64,000 nt of DNA from an uncultured delta proteobacterium (GCA_963793865.1 CAWCBP010000014.1:192001-256000), one strand, 5' to 3'. Positions 52,288 to 62,628 are shown, counted from the stretch's first letter. Numbers and translations: made by a program. The notes: generated by a model from the letters alone, not told the origin.

Positions 52288-54222
52288 ATGATGTTGCACG
52301 GGATGCGCTGGTTGTTAAGCAATCGGATGGATGCCGTTCCTGCGGGGAGTCACGTTTTGAACAATGTTACTGAACGGTACTGGGCATTTACCAATCCCCT
52401 GGCGTGTATAATTCTCATCTTAATCGCCTGGCGCCAGGGAGAGACCGCACCCGGCGGCATGTATCTCGCACTTGCTGCTGTCGTGCTTTCCGGCTATCCC
52501 ATCGTCAGAAATTCCGTGGTATCCACCATAACCAACAGGAAGTTGAATGCCGAGGTGCTGGTTACCTGCGCGCTCATTGCCTCCATCTGGGTGGGCGAAT
52601 ATCTGGCAGCGGCCATGGTGGTGCTCATGATGAACATCGGCGAGCTTCTGGAGGATGCCACCATAGCCAGGACCGGCGAGGCGGTTCGTGCGCTGATGGA
52701 GCTGAAATCGGATACTGCCCGGGTTGTAAGAGATGGCCGCGAGATGGAATTGGATATCGGTGCGGTCTGCATCGGTGATGTGGTGCTGGTCAGGGCTGGT
52801 GAAACCATCCCCATAGACGGCAGGATAAAAGAGGGGCGGGGTGAAGTGAATCAGGCTCCCATCACGGGTGAATCTGCCTTGATTGCCAAGGGCCCGGGAG
52901 ATGAAGTTTTCGGCGGAACATTGAACCAGCTGGGGGTATTCAGGATTGAAGTGACCCGGGTTGCTGCGGAAACGGTTCTGTCAAAAATCGTGGATTTGGT
53001 TCGCCGCGCGCAAGCGGCAAAACCACCCATTGAAAGGATAGCTGATCGTTTTGCCGGCTGGTTTACTCCAACCATGCTGGGCCTGGCATTTTTGGTCTGG
53101 TTCGTTACCGGAGAGGTGCTTCGTGCGGTAACCGTCCTGGTGGTTGCGTGTCCCTGCGCGCTGGTAATCGCCACACCGACGGCCGTGGTTGCGGGTATCG
53201 GAAATGCGGCACGCCGGGGTATCCTTATCAAAGGAGGGGCGGTGCTTGAAATCATAGGCAAGCTCACCACATTTGTATTTGATAAAACCGGAACGCTCAC
53301 CTACGGCACCCCGGCAGTGCGCCTTGTGCGCAGTTTCGGAAAGGCGTCCGAGCATGAGGTTCTCAGCCTTGCCGGCACGGCGGAGAAACATTCGGAACAC
53401 CCTCTGGCGGAAGCCATTTTAAGGTACTGCCGCGAAAAAGATGCGGAGCCGTCTGAGCCGGAGGAGACGAATGTGGTGGTGGGAAGGGGTGTTGTAGCCA
53501 GAAAAAACGGCACAGAGATTATCGTCGGCAATGAACGCCTTGTGGAAGAAAAAGGCATGCCTCTGACTGACGAGGCGAAGACCTTTTTGAGTGATATGGC
53601 TGACGCGGGCTCAACCGGCGTGCTGGTGGGGCATGGATCGGTGCTTGTCGGCGGTATCGGCATCGCGGATGCGGTCAGGGCGGATGTCAGGCAGTCTATT
53701 GAAAATATAAGGCGCATGGGCATCAGGAAGGTGCTGATGCTGACAGGGGACACGCGGACCGTTGCCGAGGTGATTGGCGCAGGGGTTGGACTCGATGCAA
53801 TAGTGGCCGATCTTCTTCCCGAAGAGAAGCTCCGCTACATAAAAAAATTGAGGGAGCAGGGCGATGTAGTAGCCATGGTAGGAGATGGAATCAATGATGC
53901 GCCTGCGCTGGTCGAAGCAGACGTGGGTATTGCCATGGGGGTTATGGGTACGGATGCAGCCATCGAAGCGGCAGACATAGCCCTTACCGGCGACGATCTC
54001 ACCAAGGCATCAGAGGCCATCGCCCTCTCCCGGAAAACGGTCAGCATAATCAAGCAGAGCATTTTCATGTCGATTGCAATAAACGGGATTGCCCTCATCC
54101 TTGCCTCAGCCGGTGAGATCGGTCCAGTTGTCGGTGCGATCGTTCACAATGTTGGCTCGGTAGTGGTGGTGGGTAATTCGTCGCGCCTTATAGGATATCG
54201 ATTTGATAAAGCGCTGCATTGA
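52288..54222 (+). CDS. Heavy-metal-translocating P1B-type ATPase
   Basis: ITGES, CPC, DKTGTLT, SEHP, MLTGD, GDGINDAP. Confidence 0.96.
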   Translation: MMLHGMRWLLSNRMDAVPAGSHVLNNVTERYWAFTNPLACIILILIAWRQGETAPGGMYLALAAVVLSGYPIVRNSVVSTITNRKLNAEVLVTCALIASIWVGEYLAAAMVVLMMNIGELLEDATIARTGEAVRALMELKSDTARVVRDGREMELDIGAVCIGDVVLVRAGETIPIDGRIKEGRGEVNQAPITGESALIAKGPGDEVFGGTLNQLGVFRIEVTRVAAETVLSKIVDLVRRAQAAKPPIERIADRFAGWFTPTMLGLAFLVWFVTGEVLRAVTVLVVACPCALVIATPTAVVAGIGNAARRGILIKGGAVLEIIGKLTTFVFDKTGTLTYGTPAVRLVRSFGKASEHEVLSLAGTAEKHSEHPLAEAILRYCREKDAEPSEPEETNVVVGRGVVARKNGTEIIVGNERLVEEKGMPLTDEAKTFLSDMADAGSTGVLVGHGSVLVGGIGIADAVRADVRQSIENIRRMGIRKVLMLTGDTRTVAEVIGAGVGLDAIVADLLPEEKLRYIKKLREQGDVVAMVGDGINDAPALVEADVGIAMGVMGTDAAIEAADIALTGDDLTKASEAIALSRKTVSIIKQSIFMSIAINGIALILASAGEIGPVVGAIVHNVGSVVVVGNSSRLIGYRFDKALH

Positions 54223-54242
54223 TTGGATAACGGGTTCATTCT

Positions 54243-55202
54243 ATGGAGATTGATTTTTCGCAGGCGGGTTTGTGGACATTGATGGTTGGCACCTTTACGC
54301 TGGCGGCCACCCACACCGTATCGCCGGATCACTGGTTTCCCTTTGTCATGGTGGGCAGGGCAAACAAGTGGAAGGTTTCCTGGGTGCTGGGACTTGCTCT
54401 GCTTGCCGGCATCGGTCACGTGGGAACCTCGGTTTTCATCGGGATGGTGGGGGTGTTTGCGGAAAAGGGTGTCTCAAAAAATATCGCCCTGTTTCTGGAA
54501 AAGGCCACCCCCATGCTGCTCATCGTTTTCGGTTTCGGATATGCCGCGTATGCCCTTTACAAACAACGTGTGGGATCCCTGGGGCACTCCCACGGCATAC
54601 CCATTATCAATAAGTGGCTCGGTATCAATGCCCATGCTTATGATCTGCCGGGACAAACCCACGGCCATGCCCAGGATGTGTGTCTTACAATCGGCGGGAA
54701 GTTTGTTATTTGTCTTCATAAACTGGATATAGTGACGTACGTCGTTCATGATGATCACATGCACGGCTATGACGCCACCGCCGAGGCGGATCATGAACAT
54801 AAGCACTTTCACGACGAGAAACTGCATGAGCACCGGCACAAACACAGCGTCAAAGGGATCGACGGGTTCGTCCACAGCCATGGAGATGAAAACCCCCAGG
54901 AGGGGGTGCGTGACCTGAAGGATAAAAGGGCCGGATGGGGATTGGTGGCGATTCTGGGCTTGACCCCCTGTATTGCCCTGCTGCCCCTGACCTTTGCTGC
55001 GATTAAGTACGGCACCGGGGCAGTGATACTGGTCAATATAGCATTTACCATTGGCACGCTGGGAACCATTGTCCTGTTTACCTGGCTGGGATACCTGGGG
55101 CTTTCCTGGCTTAAACTTGACTTTTTTGAGAAGTACGGTGACGTAATCGCCGGCACCATCATCGGTCTGCTGGGACTTGCCACGAAGGTGTTTGAGCTAT
55201 AG
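54243..55202 (+). CDS. Nickel/cobalt transporter (NiCoT/RcnA/UreH-like)
   Basis: HTVSPDHW (HX4DH), GIGHV, central His-rich loop, LTPC. Confidence 0.75.
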   Translation: MEIDFSQAGLWTLMVGTFTLAATHTVSPDHWFPFVMVGRANKWKVSWVLGLALLAGIGHVGTSVFIGMVGVFAEKGVSKNIALFLEKATPMLLIVFGFGYAAYALYKQRVGSLGHSHGIPIINKWLGINAHAYDLPGQTHGHAQDVCLTIGGKFVICLHKLDIVTYVVHDDHMHGYDATAEADHEHKHFHDEKLHEHRHKHSVKGIDGFVHSHGDENPQEGVRDLKDKRAGWGLVAILGLTPCIALLPLTFAAIKYGTGAVILVNIAFTIGTLGTIVLFTWLGYLGLSWLKLDFFEKYGDVIAGTIIGLLGLATKVFEL

Positions 55203-55232
55203 CATGCATCAATAACCGGAAGGGAGGGTGGT

Positions 55233-56069
55233 ATGAGTGATATCATTACCGACATAGGATTTGATTCCAAAAGTCTATGGCAGGCCAAGGGATTTGAGCC
55301 GCACTCGTTTCCGGAGAGCACCTGGCCGCATTTAAGGGAGCTGCAATTGAAACGGCTCACCAGCGCAGAAGGCGAAGATTTGACCCCGGTGCAGGAGATG
55401 ATCAGGCGTCCCATGTGTGAAGGCACCTTTCGCCACTTTCATAATCAAAAGATAGAAAAGCTGGCCCTGATGTGGGTGCTTATCTCCAAAAGCATTGCAG
55501 GAGGAAGCTGGGTGGGATGGCCCACTGATGACTACGATTTTCCCGCCCTCATCATTGCCTGGGAGGAATCGAAGAAACGGCTGCACATCATCATCGATCT
55601 CATGCCTATAGCGGACTGCGTGGAATACGAGTGGTACCGGGAAAAGTACCTGGATGGCATAGAACCCGTATACAATGAATACAAGGATCTCATCGGGCCG
55701 AACTCGACCTACCGCTGGTTCCGTGCCATGCAGGGTCCCTACCACATCTTTGATGGGCCGGGTGAAAAACGGGACAGGTCGCTGCAGTGTGAAATTGAGT
55801 ATATCAAACAATGGGTCAGGGTGGTACAGGAGGCGGAGCCGGTAAAGGATGAAGAGTATAAACAATACGTGATCCGGCGGAAGAAGATCCTTCAGACACA
55901 GCTGCGGCAGCGGGACCCGCTGGGATCGGTGCTGATGCGCACCCTTGGAGAGGAACTGGGGAAGAAAACCATCTTGGGTACACATAGAGGGGGAATTTCA
56001 AAGTCCAAAGATCAAATTTCAAAACAAGTTCAAATGACCAAAATGCAAATGTATACAAATCCTCTTTGA
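55233..56069 (+). CDS. Ferredoxin-dependent bilin reductase / RCCR-like protein; true stop may be TAG at 55985-55987
   Basis: WPTDDYDFPAL, IDLMPIADC...YREKY, WFRAM.GPY, RDPLGSVLMRTLG; paralogue of 57310 and 25351. Confidence 0.7.
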   Translation: MSDIITDIGFDSKSLWQAKGFEPHSFPESTWPHLRELQLKRLTSAEGEDLTPVQEMIRRPMCEGTFRHFHNQKIEKLALMWVLISKSIAGGSWVGWPTDDYDFPALIIAWEESKKRLHIIIDLMPIADCVEYEWYREKYLDGIEPVYNEYKDLIGPNSTYRWFRAMQGPYHIFDGPGEKRDRSLQCEIEYIKQWVRVVQEAEPVKDEEYKQYVIRRKKILQTQLRQRDPLGSVLMRTLGEELGKKTILGTHRGGISKSKDQISKQVQMTKMQMYTNPL

Positions 56070-56157
56070 GGCAGTGTGCATATCTTGGGGAGCAGGAGCG
56101 TTTTGACTATTTGATATTTGGACTTTGGATTTGCTTTGGATTTGGTGCTTTGAAATT
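55994..56157. repeat. Imperfect AT-rich inverted repeat element
   Basis: aatttcaaagtccaaagatcaaat... versus ...atttggactttggattt...ctttgaaatt. Confidence 0.65.
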
Positions 56158-56244
56158 TGGATTTGCACCACAATGATTACTGTGCGCGATTTACACTTAG
56201 CTCAAACGCGGATTGAATCTAAAGAACGGGAAAGGAGGAACGCT

Positions 56245-56649
56245 ATGGCTTCGATGCTTGAAATAATGAAACGTGGTGCTGAGCTGGTCAATGCGGATGA
56301 GGAGTTCAAGGCCCAGATGGTTGAGCTTGACGGGGATATCATCTTCTGGCGTTTTGAAGATGACCAGCCCGCGGTTACCACCCGGCTGGACAAAGGAGTG
56401 ATAGTGGTTGAGGGAGGCGAGCATCCCGATTCCCAGATCGGGATGAAGCTCAAGGCCAAGGTGCTCCTGGACGTGATTGACAATTCCCTCGAGGCCAAGA
56501 TGATGTACACCTACACGGAGTTAGTCAAAGGCGACATTGAGCTGGCCCGTCACCATGTGTTTGCACTGGTTCCCTACATCTACGGCATGCAGGACTACTA
56601 TGATTCCGACGCAGCATTCAAGAAGATGGTGGTTGAAAAAAAGGGGTGA
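56245..56649 (+). CDS. SCP2-like (sterol/lipid carrier fold) protein
   Basis: AGGAGG RBS; strand pattern ...KGVIVVEGGEHPDSQIGMKL..LLDVID..L....VKGDI resembles SCP2. Confidence 0.5.
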   Translation: MASMLEIMKRGAELVNADEEFKAQMVELDGDIIFWRFEDDQPAVTTRLDKGVIVVEGGEHPDSQIGMKLKAKVLLDVIDNSLEAKMMYTYTELVKGDIELARHHVFALVPYIYGMQDYYDSDAAFKKMVVEKKG

Positions 56650-56656
56650 GTAAGCG

Positions 56657-56890
56657 ATGACCGTACATGAGCAGGAACACGCTATCGTAATAGATGAGGA
56701 GAAGTGCATCGGCTGCGGGATATGTGTGGACTTCTGTAATGTTGATGCCATTGCAGTTAACCAGGAGCGGGGGGTGCTGGAAGTCGTTGCCCTGGAAGAC
56801 TGCATTGAATGCCACAGCTGCCAGCAGAACTGCTCCGAGGGCGCCATCATGGTGTTTCCTCAGGTGGAAGATTCCCTGAAAAATCTGTAG
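56657..56890 (+). CDS. 2[4Fe-4S] ferredoxin
   Basis: CIGCGICVDFC and CIECHSCQQNC. Confidence 0.92.
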   Translation: MTVHEQEHAIVIDEEKCIGCGICVDFCNVDAIAVNQERGVLEVVALEDCIECHSCQQNCSEGAIMVFPQVEDSLKNL

Positions 56891-56988
56891 GGGCACATTT
56901 ATGTGCGATGATGTAACTCTGTAGGAGCGCATTCATGCGCGATTAATTAGCGGCTAAAGCCGCTCCGGCCAGATGCGGGAGGGTTCCG

Positions 56989-57225
56989 GTGAGTGAAATT
57001 CAATTTATTCTGGATCAGGAAAAGTGCATAGGTGCTGACCGATGTGAAGGGGTGTGCGCCCGCATCTGTCCCCCTGATATCATCGAGTATGCCGATGAGG
57101 GCGGCAAAAAAGTGCCCTTCGTTACCGACATGGAGCTCTGCATGAAGGATCACGGCTGCCAGAACAGCTGTCCCGCGGGGGCCATTACCATACTTCCTCC
57201 GCAGGGGGAAGGAAGGGGGTTTTGA
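56989..57225 (+). CDS. Atypical dicluster ferredoxin
   Basis: CIGADRCEGVCARICP and CMKDHGCQNSCP. Confidence 0.85.
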   Translation: MSEIQFILDQEKCIGADRCEGVCARICPPDIIEYADEGGKKVPFVTDMELCMKDHGCQNSCPAGAITILPPQGEGRGF

Positions 57226-57309
57226 TGAAAGTAGCCGGGACACTCTAATTTATAATGATAGAGCCATTTGATGATCTAATGCTTCATTAACCAGGAAAGG
57301 AGGTACTCC

Positions 57310-58089
57310 ATGCCTGAATATCATCTGGAAAAAGAAGTTGGCTTTAAGTGTGACACCTGGCCGGCCAAGAATGTCCCCAATATCCGGCCATTCCCGGAGG
57401 AGTGCTGGGAAATTCTCCGGACCCTTGATCTCCGGCCATTGAGAGGTGAATACCAGGGCTACAATATGGATCTGCTGCTGGAGAATCTAGATTCTCCCAT
57501 GGCCAAAGGGGCCGTTCGGGTTTTTGAATCAGATAAGATCGAGAAGGTTTGCATCTGGTGGCAGGTGCTCTCAGGCCGGTCGCTTTCTGGGGCTGTCATC
57601 GGTTTCCCGCGGGATGATTATGATTTTCCGGTCATGCTGATTGACTGGGACGAAGGCCGCGGTCCCGGGCATGGGATGGTTGATCACATGCCGCTCTGCG
57701 ATATCGTGCTCAATGAAGAGTACCGCTTGAAATATCTTGATAAACTGGACAACACCTTCCGTGAGTACTATGACATTATCGGGCCTCCCTCCCTGCACGT
57801 CTGGTTTCGGACCCTGTCCGGCCCCTACTACAGTTTCTTCAGAACGCAGGCAGGGGGAACCCCGGAATATCGGCAGCGCATTTTAAATCTTCCGCTCAGG
57901 TATTTGGAGAAGTGGGCTGAAACGGTGAAAGAGGCACAGCCCATCACCGATCCGGCCCACCGGGAGTATTGCATTAAGAGAAAACGGGTCCTCCAGGAGT
58001 GGCTGTTTGTCCGCGATCCGGTGACATCGGTCATGCTGCGTTGCTATGGAAAGGAAATCGGTTCGCTGGTGATGAAGGGACTCTCTTAA
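57310..58089 (+). CDS. Ferredoxin-dependent bilin reductase / RCCR-like protein
   Basis: FPRDDYDFPVM, VDHMPLCD...YRLKY, WFRTLSGPY, RDPVTSVMLRCYG. Confidence 0.7.
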   Translation: MPEYHLEKEVGFKCDTWPAKNVPNIRPFPEECWEILRTLDLRPLRGEYQGYNMDLLLENLDSPMAKGAVRVFESDKIEKVCIWWQVLSGRSLSGAVIGFPRDDYDFPVMLIDWDEGRGPGHGMVDHMPLCDIVLNEEYRLKYLDKLDNTFREYYDIIGPPSLHVWFRTLSGPYYSFFRTQAGGTPEYRQRILNLPLRYLEKWAETVKEAQPITDPAHREYCIKRKRVLQEWLFVRDPVTSVMLRCYGKEIGSLVMKGLS

Positions 58090-58125
58090 GCAGAAATATG
58101 TATACCGGAAAAGGAGGTTTATGCA

Positions 58126-58404
58126 ATGCCGAAAATCAGTCAGGATGATATCGTTCAGATTGAAATACGGATTGATGAAGAAAAGTGTGTCGGCTGCGGC
58201 ACCTGCATATCAGTGTGCCCGGTCAATCTGCTTGAACTGAAGGTGGTGGGCAAGAAGAAGAAGAGCTGTGCGCCGGACCAGAGCTTTTGCCTCAAATGCC
58301 ATATGTGCGAATTTCACTGCGGCTACGAGGCGATCAAGGTCTATCCTCCTTTTGAGGGCCAGCAGCCCACCGATCAGGCAAGGGTACCCATGCGCCATCG
58401 ATAG
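58126..58404 (+). CDS. 2[4Fe-4S] ferredoxin
   Basis: CVGCGTCISVCP and CLKCHMCEFHC. Confidence 0.92.
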   Translation: MPKISQDDIVQIEIRIDEEKCVGCGTCISVCPVNLLELKVVGKKKKSCAPDQSFCLKCHMCEFHCGYEAIKVYPPFEGQQPTDQARVPMRHR

Positions 58405-58566
58405 GGGCAGTAACCGATAAGCATATATTATATGGAGGGACGCACTCCGTTGCGTCCGCTAATTTATTCGGCCACGACAGAGCGTGGCCCTCCAGAACCT
58501 TATTAAGCAGTAGGAGCGGCTTCAGCTGCGATGTATCGCGCAGGAAGCGGAATTAAACAAGGGCGT

Positions 58567-60000
58567 ATGAAGGTACTCCTTATCCAGCCACCCATGTATC
58601 ATCAAAAGGTTCAGTTATCCCCCAATTTGGGACTGGCCTCCATTGCCGCCGTTCTTGAGCGGGATGGTGTCCGGGTGGGAGTGCTTGATGCCGCCGCGGA
58701 AGATCTCTCCTATACGGATATTTTGGAACGGGTCCGGGCCTTTAAGCCCCGCGTCGTGGGCGCCGGGGGGCAAACGCCGGTGGCACCCCGATCCATGGCC
58801 ATTTTTAGCCGCATCAAACAGGAGATAAGCCGGGACATTACAACCATTGCCGGCGGTCCGCACTTCAGCTTTACCGACCATGAATCACTTCAGGAGTGCC
58901 GGGAACTTGACATCGTGGTGCGCGGTGAAGGAGAGGCGACCATCAGTCATTTGTGCAAAGCACTCGAAACGGGAGAATCACTCAACAATGTACAAGGCAT
59001 AACCTTCCGTGACCACAATGGATCCATCGTGCGCAATGCCGACCGTGAGCCGATTGCCGATATTGACTCCCTGCCATTCCCTGCCTGGCACCTGTTTCCG
59101 CTGGACAAGTACCACTGGGTGGGAAACCGGCTGCTTGCCGTTTCCTCATCCCGGGGATGCCCGTTCAGATGCCCCTATTGCATAACCTGGAAAGTCCATT
59201 CGGGAGTCCGCCATAGAAGGCCTGCCAAAATAGTTGAAGAAATGGTATGGGTTAAAAAGAATTTTAACCACGATACCTTCTTCTTCCAGGATGATGCCTC
59301 GTTTCTGGTGCGTGAGCAGATGGAGGGGTTTCTGGACGCACTGGAAGCCTGCGGAGAGAAGCTGTACTGGTACTATGAAACCAGGGAGGATGTTTTTCTC
59401 GGTTACCGGGATCTCTGGAAGAGGATGAAGCACAACGGCCTGTTTAAAATTGTCTTCGGGCTTGAGACCCCGGACCCTGCAATGCGGGAGAGGTTCGGCA
59501 AAAAGGCCTTTGACGCGCGGGCGGTTGAGCAGATGATGGATACGCTTGAGCACGAGCTGGACATAATGGTGTCCGTGTATCTCCTGTTCGGGCTGCCTGA
59601 GGATACGGAAGAGTCTTTGAAGGAGATACTTGATTATGGTAAGCATCTCTATCCCGCCCACTGCTCATTTATCGTCGGCTCCATGGCAACCCCCTTTCCC
59701 GGCACTGATATGTATGAGGACCTGAAGCGGCGGGATATGATAACCAGCTATAACTGGAAAGACTACGGGTTCGGCACCTCGGTTATCAGGACCAGCATCG
59801 CGCCGGAAAAACTTCAGGAGGTATTTAAGGGCTTTTGGATAAAAACCTATGTGCGGCCCAGGGCATTTTTACGCCAGATTCAATTCCTGTTATCCGGCAA
59901 CCGCTTTCGCCGGGCAATGGCAAAACAATATGTAAAGATGGCCGTGGAAATGATATCGGATGTCAAGAAGATGAGCGGTGAAAAGGATGAGGGTTTCTAG
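58567..60000 (+). CDS. B12-binding radical SAM protein (class B; BchE/methyltransferase-like)
   Basis: PNLGLASIAA, AGGPH, VRGEGE, SSRGCPFRCPYC, TPFPGT. Confidence 0.92.
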   Translation: MKVLLIQPPMYHQKVQLSPNLGLASIAAVLERDGVRVGVLDAAAEDLSYTDILERVRAFKPRVVGAGGQTPVAPRSMAIFSRIKQEISRDITTIAGGPHFSFTDHESLQECRELDIVVRGEGEATISHLCKALETGESLNNVQGITFRDHNGSIVRNADREPIADIDSLPFPAWHLFPLDKYHWVGNRLLAVSSSRGCPFRCPYCITWKVHSGVRHRRPAKIVEEMVWVKKNFNHDTFFFQDDASFLVREQMEGFLDALEACGEKLYWYYETREDVFLGYRDLWKRMKHNGLFKIVFGLETPDPAMRERFGKKAFDARAVEQMMDTLEHELDIMVSVYLLFGLPEDTEESLKEILDYGKHLYPAHCSFIVGSMATPFPGTDMYEDLKRRDMITSYNWKDYGFGTSVIRTSIAPEKLQEVFKGFWIKTYVRPRAFLRQIQFLLSGNRFRRAMAKQYVKMAVEMISDVKKMSGEKDEGF

Positions 60001-60020
60001 AGGTGGGGGAGTTTTTTTTC

Positions 60021-60049
60021 TTGCCAACCCAATTATTTGCTGATAGAGT
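60021..60049 (+). promoter_or_regulatory. Probable metK promoter
   Basis: TTGCCA-17 nt-TAGAGT with extended TG. Confidence 0.6.
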
Positions 60050-60112
60050 AGCGGCCATTTTGTTAAGGATTTAAAGGGGATAGTTTAGTAATCACTCTAA
60101 AGGAGATGTGCC

Positions 60113-61279
60113 ATGTCGATGACCAATTACCTTTTTACCTCTGAATCAGTGACAGAGGGGCATCCGGACAAGGTTGCCGATCAAATATCTGATTCCATTC
60201 TTGACGCCATTCTTGCCAAGGATAAAAAGGCGCACGTTGCCTGTGAAACCATGGTTACAACCGGCATGGCCATTGTTGCCGGTGAAATCACCACCAACTG
60301 CTATGTACACATACCCGATATTGTCAGGCAAACCATAAAGGACATAGGATACAATGATTCAAGCATGGGCTTTGACTGGGAAACCTGCGCGGTTATCACC
60401 TCCATTGATACCCAGTCACCGGATATCGCCATGGGTGTCAATCCCCGGAAAGGTAAAAAGCAGGGTGCCGGGGACCAGGGACTGATGTTCGGCTACTCCT
60501 GCGCGGAGACCCCGGAGCTGATGCCCATGCCCATCAGCTATGCCAATAAGCTGGCGCGACGACTGGCTGAAGTCCGAAAGAAAGGCATCCTTGATTTTTT
60601 GAGGCCCGACGGGAAGTCACAGGTTACCGTGGAGTATCTTGACGGTCATCCCAAGCGGGTTGATACCGTGGTGATCGCGGCCCAGCACAACCCCACGGTC
60701 AAGGACAAGGTTTTGCGCGAAGGCATTATAGAGGAAGTGATAAAGCAGGTGATACCGGCAAAAATGCTGGACGGTAAGACCAAGTACCATATTAATTCTA
60801 CCGGCCGGTTTGTGCAGGGCGGTCCCAAGGCTGACTGCGGCCTGACCGGGAGAAAGCTTATCTGTGATACCTACGGCGGACAGGGGAGTCACGGCGGCGG
60901 TTCCTTTTCCGGGAAAGATCCTTCCAAGGTGGACCGGTCGGCGTCCTATATGGCCCGCTATGTCGCAAAAAATATTATTGCCGCCGGCCTGGCCAGACGG
61001 TGCGAGGTACAGCTTTCCTACAGCATCGGCGTTCCTGAACCGGTTTCGGTGATGATCGACACCTCCAACACCAGCAAGATTCCGCCCGACGAAATTGCGC
61101 GGCTGGTTATAAAATATTTCCGTTTGACCCCGGCGGAGATGATAAGTTACCTTGATCTCCTGCGGCCGATCTACAAAAAGACCGCCACCTACGGGCATTT
61201 CGGAAGAACGGAACCTGAGTTTACCTGGGAGCGGACGGACATGGCTGATAAACTTCGCAGGGCAGCCGGTCTCAAGTAA
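60113..61279 (+). CDS. metK: S-adenosylmethionine synthetase
   Basis: [28 protein letters not shown]. Confidence 0.98.
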   Translation: MSMTNYLFTSESVTEGHPDKVADQISDSILDAILAKDKKAHVACETMVTTGMAIVAGEITTNCYVHIPDIVRQTIKDIGYNDSSMGFDWETCAVITSIDTQSPDIAMGVNPRKGKKQGAGDQGLMFGYSCAETPELMPMPISYANKLARRLAEVRKKGILDFLRPDGKSQVTVEYLDGHPKRVDTVVIAAQHNPTVKDKVLREGIIEEVIKQVIPAKMLDGKTKYHINSTGRFVQGGPKADCGLTGRKLICDTYGGQGSHGGGSFSGKDPSKVDRSASYMARYVAKNIIAAGLARRCEVQLSYSIGVPEPVSVMIDTSNTSKIPPDEIARLVIKYFRLTPAEMISYLDLLRPIYKKTATYGHFGRTEPEFTWERTDMADKLRRAAGLK

Positions 61280-61304
61280 TGATACGGCTTGAAAGGGGCA
61301 AGGA

Positions 61305-62561
61305 ATGAAATACCACATTAAGGATATGGCTCTGGCAAAGAAAGGTATGCTGCGGATCGAGTGGGCGAACCAGAGCATGCCGGTTTTGAACCTGGTTAAA
61401 GAACGGTTTAAGAAGGAAAAGCCGCTGCGGGGGATAAAGCTTGCCGCCTGCCTGCACGTGACAACTGAAACCGCAAGCCTTATGGAAACATTGCAGGCGG
61501 GAGGCGCGCAACTGGCCCTCTGCGCTTCAAACCCCTTGAGCACACAGGATGACGTGGCTGCGGCCCTGGTCAAGTGCCACAGGATTGCCGTGTTCTCCAT
61601 CAAGGGGGAAAACCGCAAAACCTATTATGATCACATTAACGCGGCGCTTGACAGCAAGCCCCATATTACCATGGATGACGGGGCGGACCTGGTGTCTACC
61701 ATCCACGCGAAGCGTCAGCAACTGGTGCAGGGAATTATCGGCGGAACCGAGGAGACAACCACCGGTGTCATCAGGTTGCGTGATATGGCGCGCAAGAAGG
61801 TGCTGCGTTTCCCCGTCATATCGGTAAACGATGCCTATACCAAGCATCTGTTCGATAACCGCTACGGAACCGGACAGAGCACCATTGACGGCATGATACG
61901 GGCGACAAACAGGCTGGTTGCGGGCAGCACCTTTGTGGTGTGCGGCTACGGATGGTGCGGACGCGGTCTGGCTATGAGGGCCAAGGGGATGGGGGCAAAG
62001 GTTGTCGTAACCGAGGTTGACCATCTCCGCGCGTTGGAGGCAACCATGGATGGATATCAGGTGATGCCCCTGGCCGAGGCATCGAAAATCGGTGATTTTT
62101 TCTGCACGCTCACCGGTGATAAGCACGTCATAGACACAAAACATTTTCTCTCCATGAAGGAAGGGGCCATTGTGGCCAATTCCGGTCATTTTAATGTCGA
62201 GCTGAATCTTGAGGGACTTGCCAAAATAACCAAATGCAGCAGGGCGATCCGGGATTTTGTCCAGGAGCACACCCTGAAGAACGGGAAACGAATCTATGTG
62301 CTCGCGGAGGGAAGACTGGTTAATCTTGCCGCAGCGGAAGGACATCCCTCAAGTGTCATGGATATGAGCTTTGCCAACCAGGCCCTGTCCGCCGAATACC
62401 TGGTGAAAAAGGGGAGGGGTTTGAAGAAAGAGGTGTATCCGGTGCCGGCCGACATAGATGAAATGATTGCCAGACTGAAACTGAAATCGATGGGCATTCG
62501 CATTGACACCCTGACTGCCGAACAAAAGGAGTACCTGGCCTCCTGGGAGGCAGGGACGTAA
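61305..62561 (+). CDS. ahcY: Adenosylhomocysteinase
   Basis: [40 protein letters not shown]. Confidence 0.98.
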   Translation: MKYHIKDMALAKKGMLRIEWANQSMPVLNLVKERFKKEKPLRGIKLAACLHVTTETASLMETLQAGGAQLALCASNPLSTQDDVAAALVKCHRIAVFSIKGENRKTYYDHINAALDSKPHITMDDGADLVSTIHAKRQQLVQGIIGGTEETTTGVIRLRDMARKKVLRFPVISVNDAYTKHLFDNRYGTGQSTIDGMIRATNRLVAGSTFVVCGYGWCGRGLAMRAKGMGAKVVVTEVDHLRALEATMDGYQVMPLAEASKIGDFFCTLTGDKHVIDTKHFLSMKEGAIVANSGHFNVELNLEGLAKITKCSRAIRDFVQEHTLKNGKRIYVLAEGRLVNLAAAEGHPSSVMDMSFANQALSAEYLVKKGRGLKKEVYPVPADIDEMIARLKLKSMGIRIDTLTAEQKEYLASWEAGT

Positions 62562-62595
62562 CGCTTTGCAAATAATAAAATTTCTGCTGTAAGTT

Positions 62596-62628
62596 AAAGA
62601 AAAGGGCCTTCGGGTCCTTTTCTTTTTG
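62596..62628 (+). terminator. Intrinsic terminator after ahcY
   Basis: aaagaaaagggcc-ttcg-ggtccttttcttttt. Confidence 0.85.

Noticed and set aside
40398..58545. CRISPR array from the recurring GTAGGAGCG repeats
   Set aside because: Copies are dispersed, palindromic and intergenic, with no regular spacers or cas genes; they are REP-like
60001..60112. SAM riboswitch before metK, or metK-ahcY as part of the tetrapyrrole cluster
   Set aside because: Leader is short with no SAM-I motifs; the genes have their own promoter and are ordinary housekeeping genes
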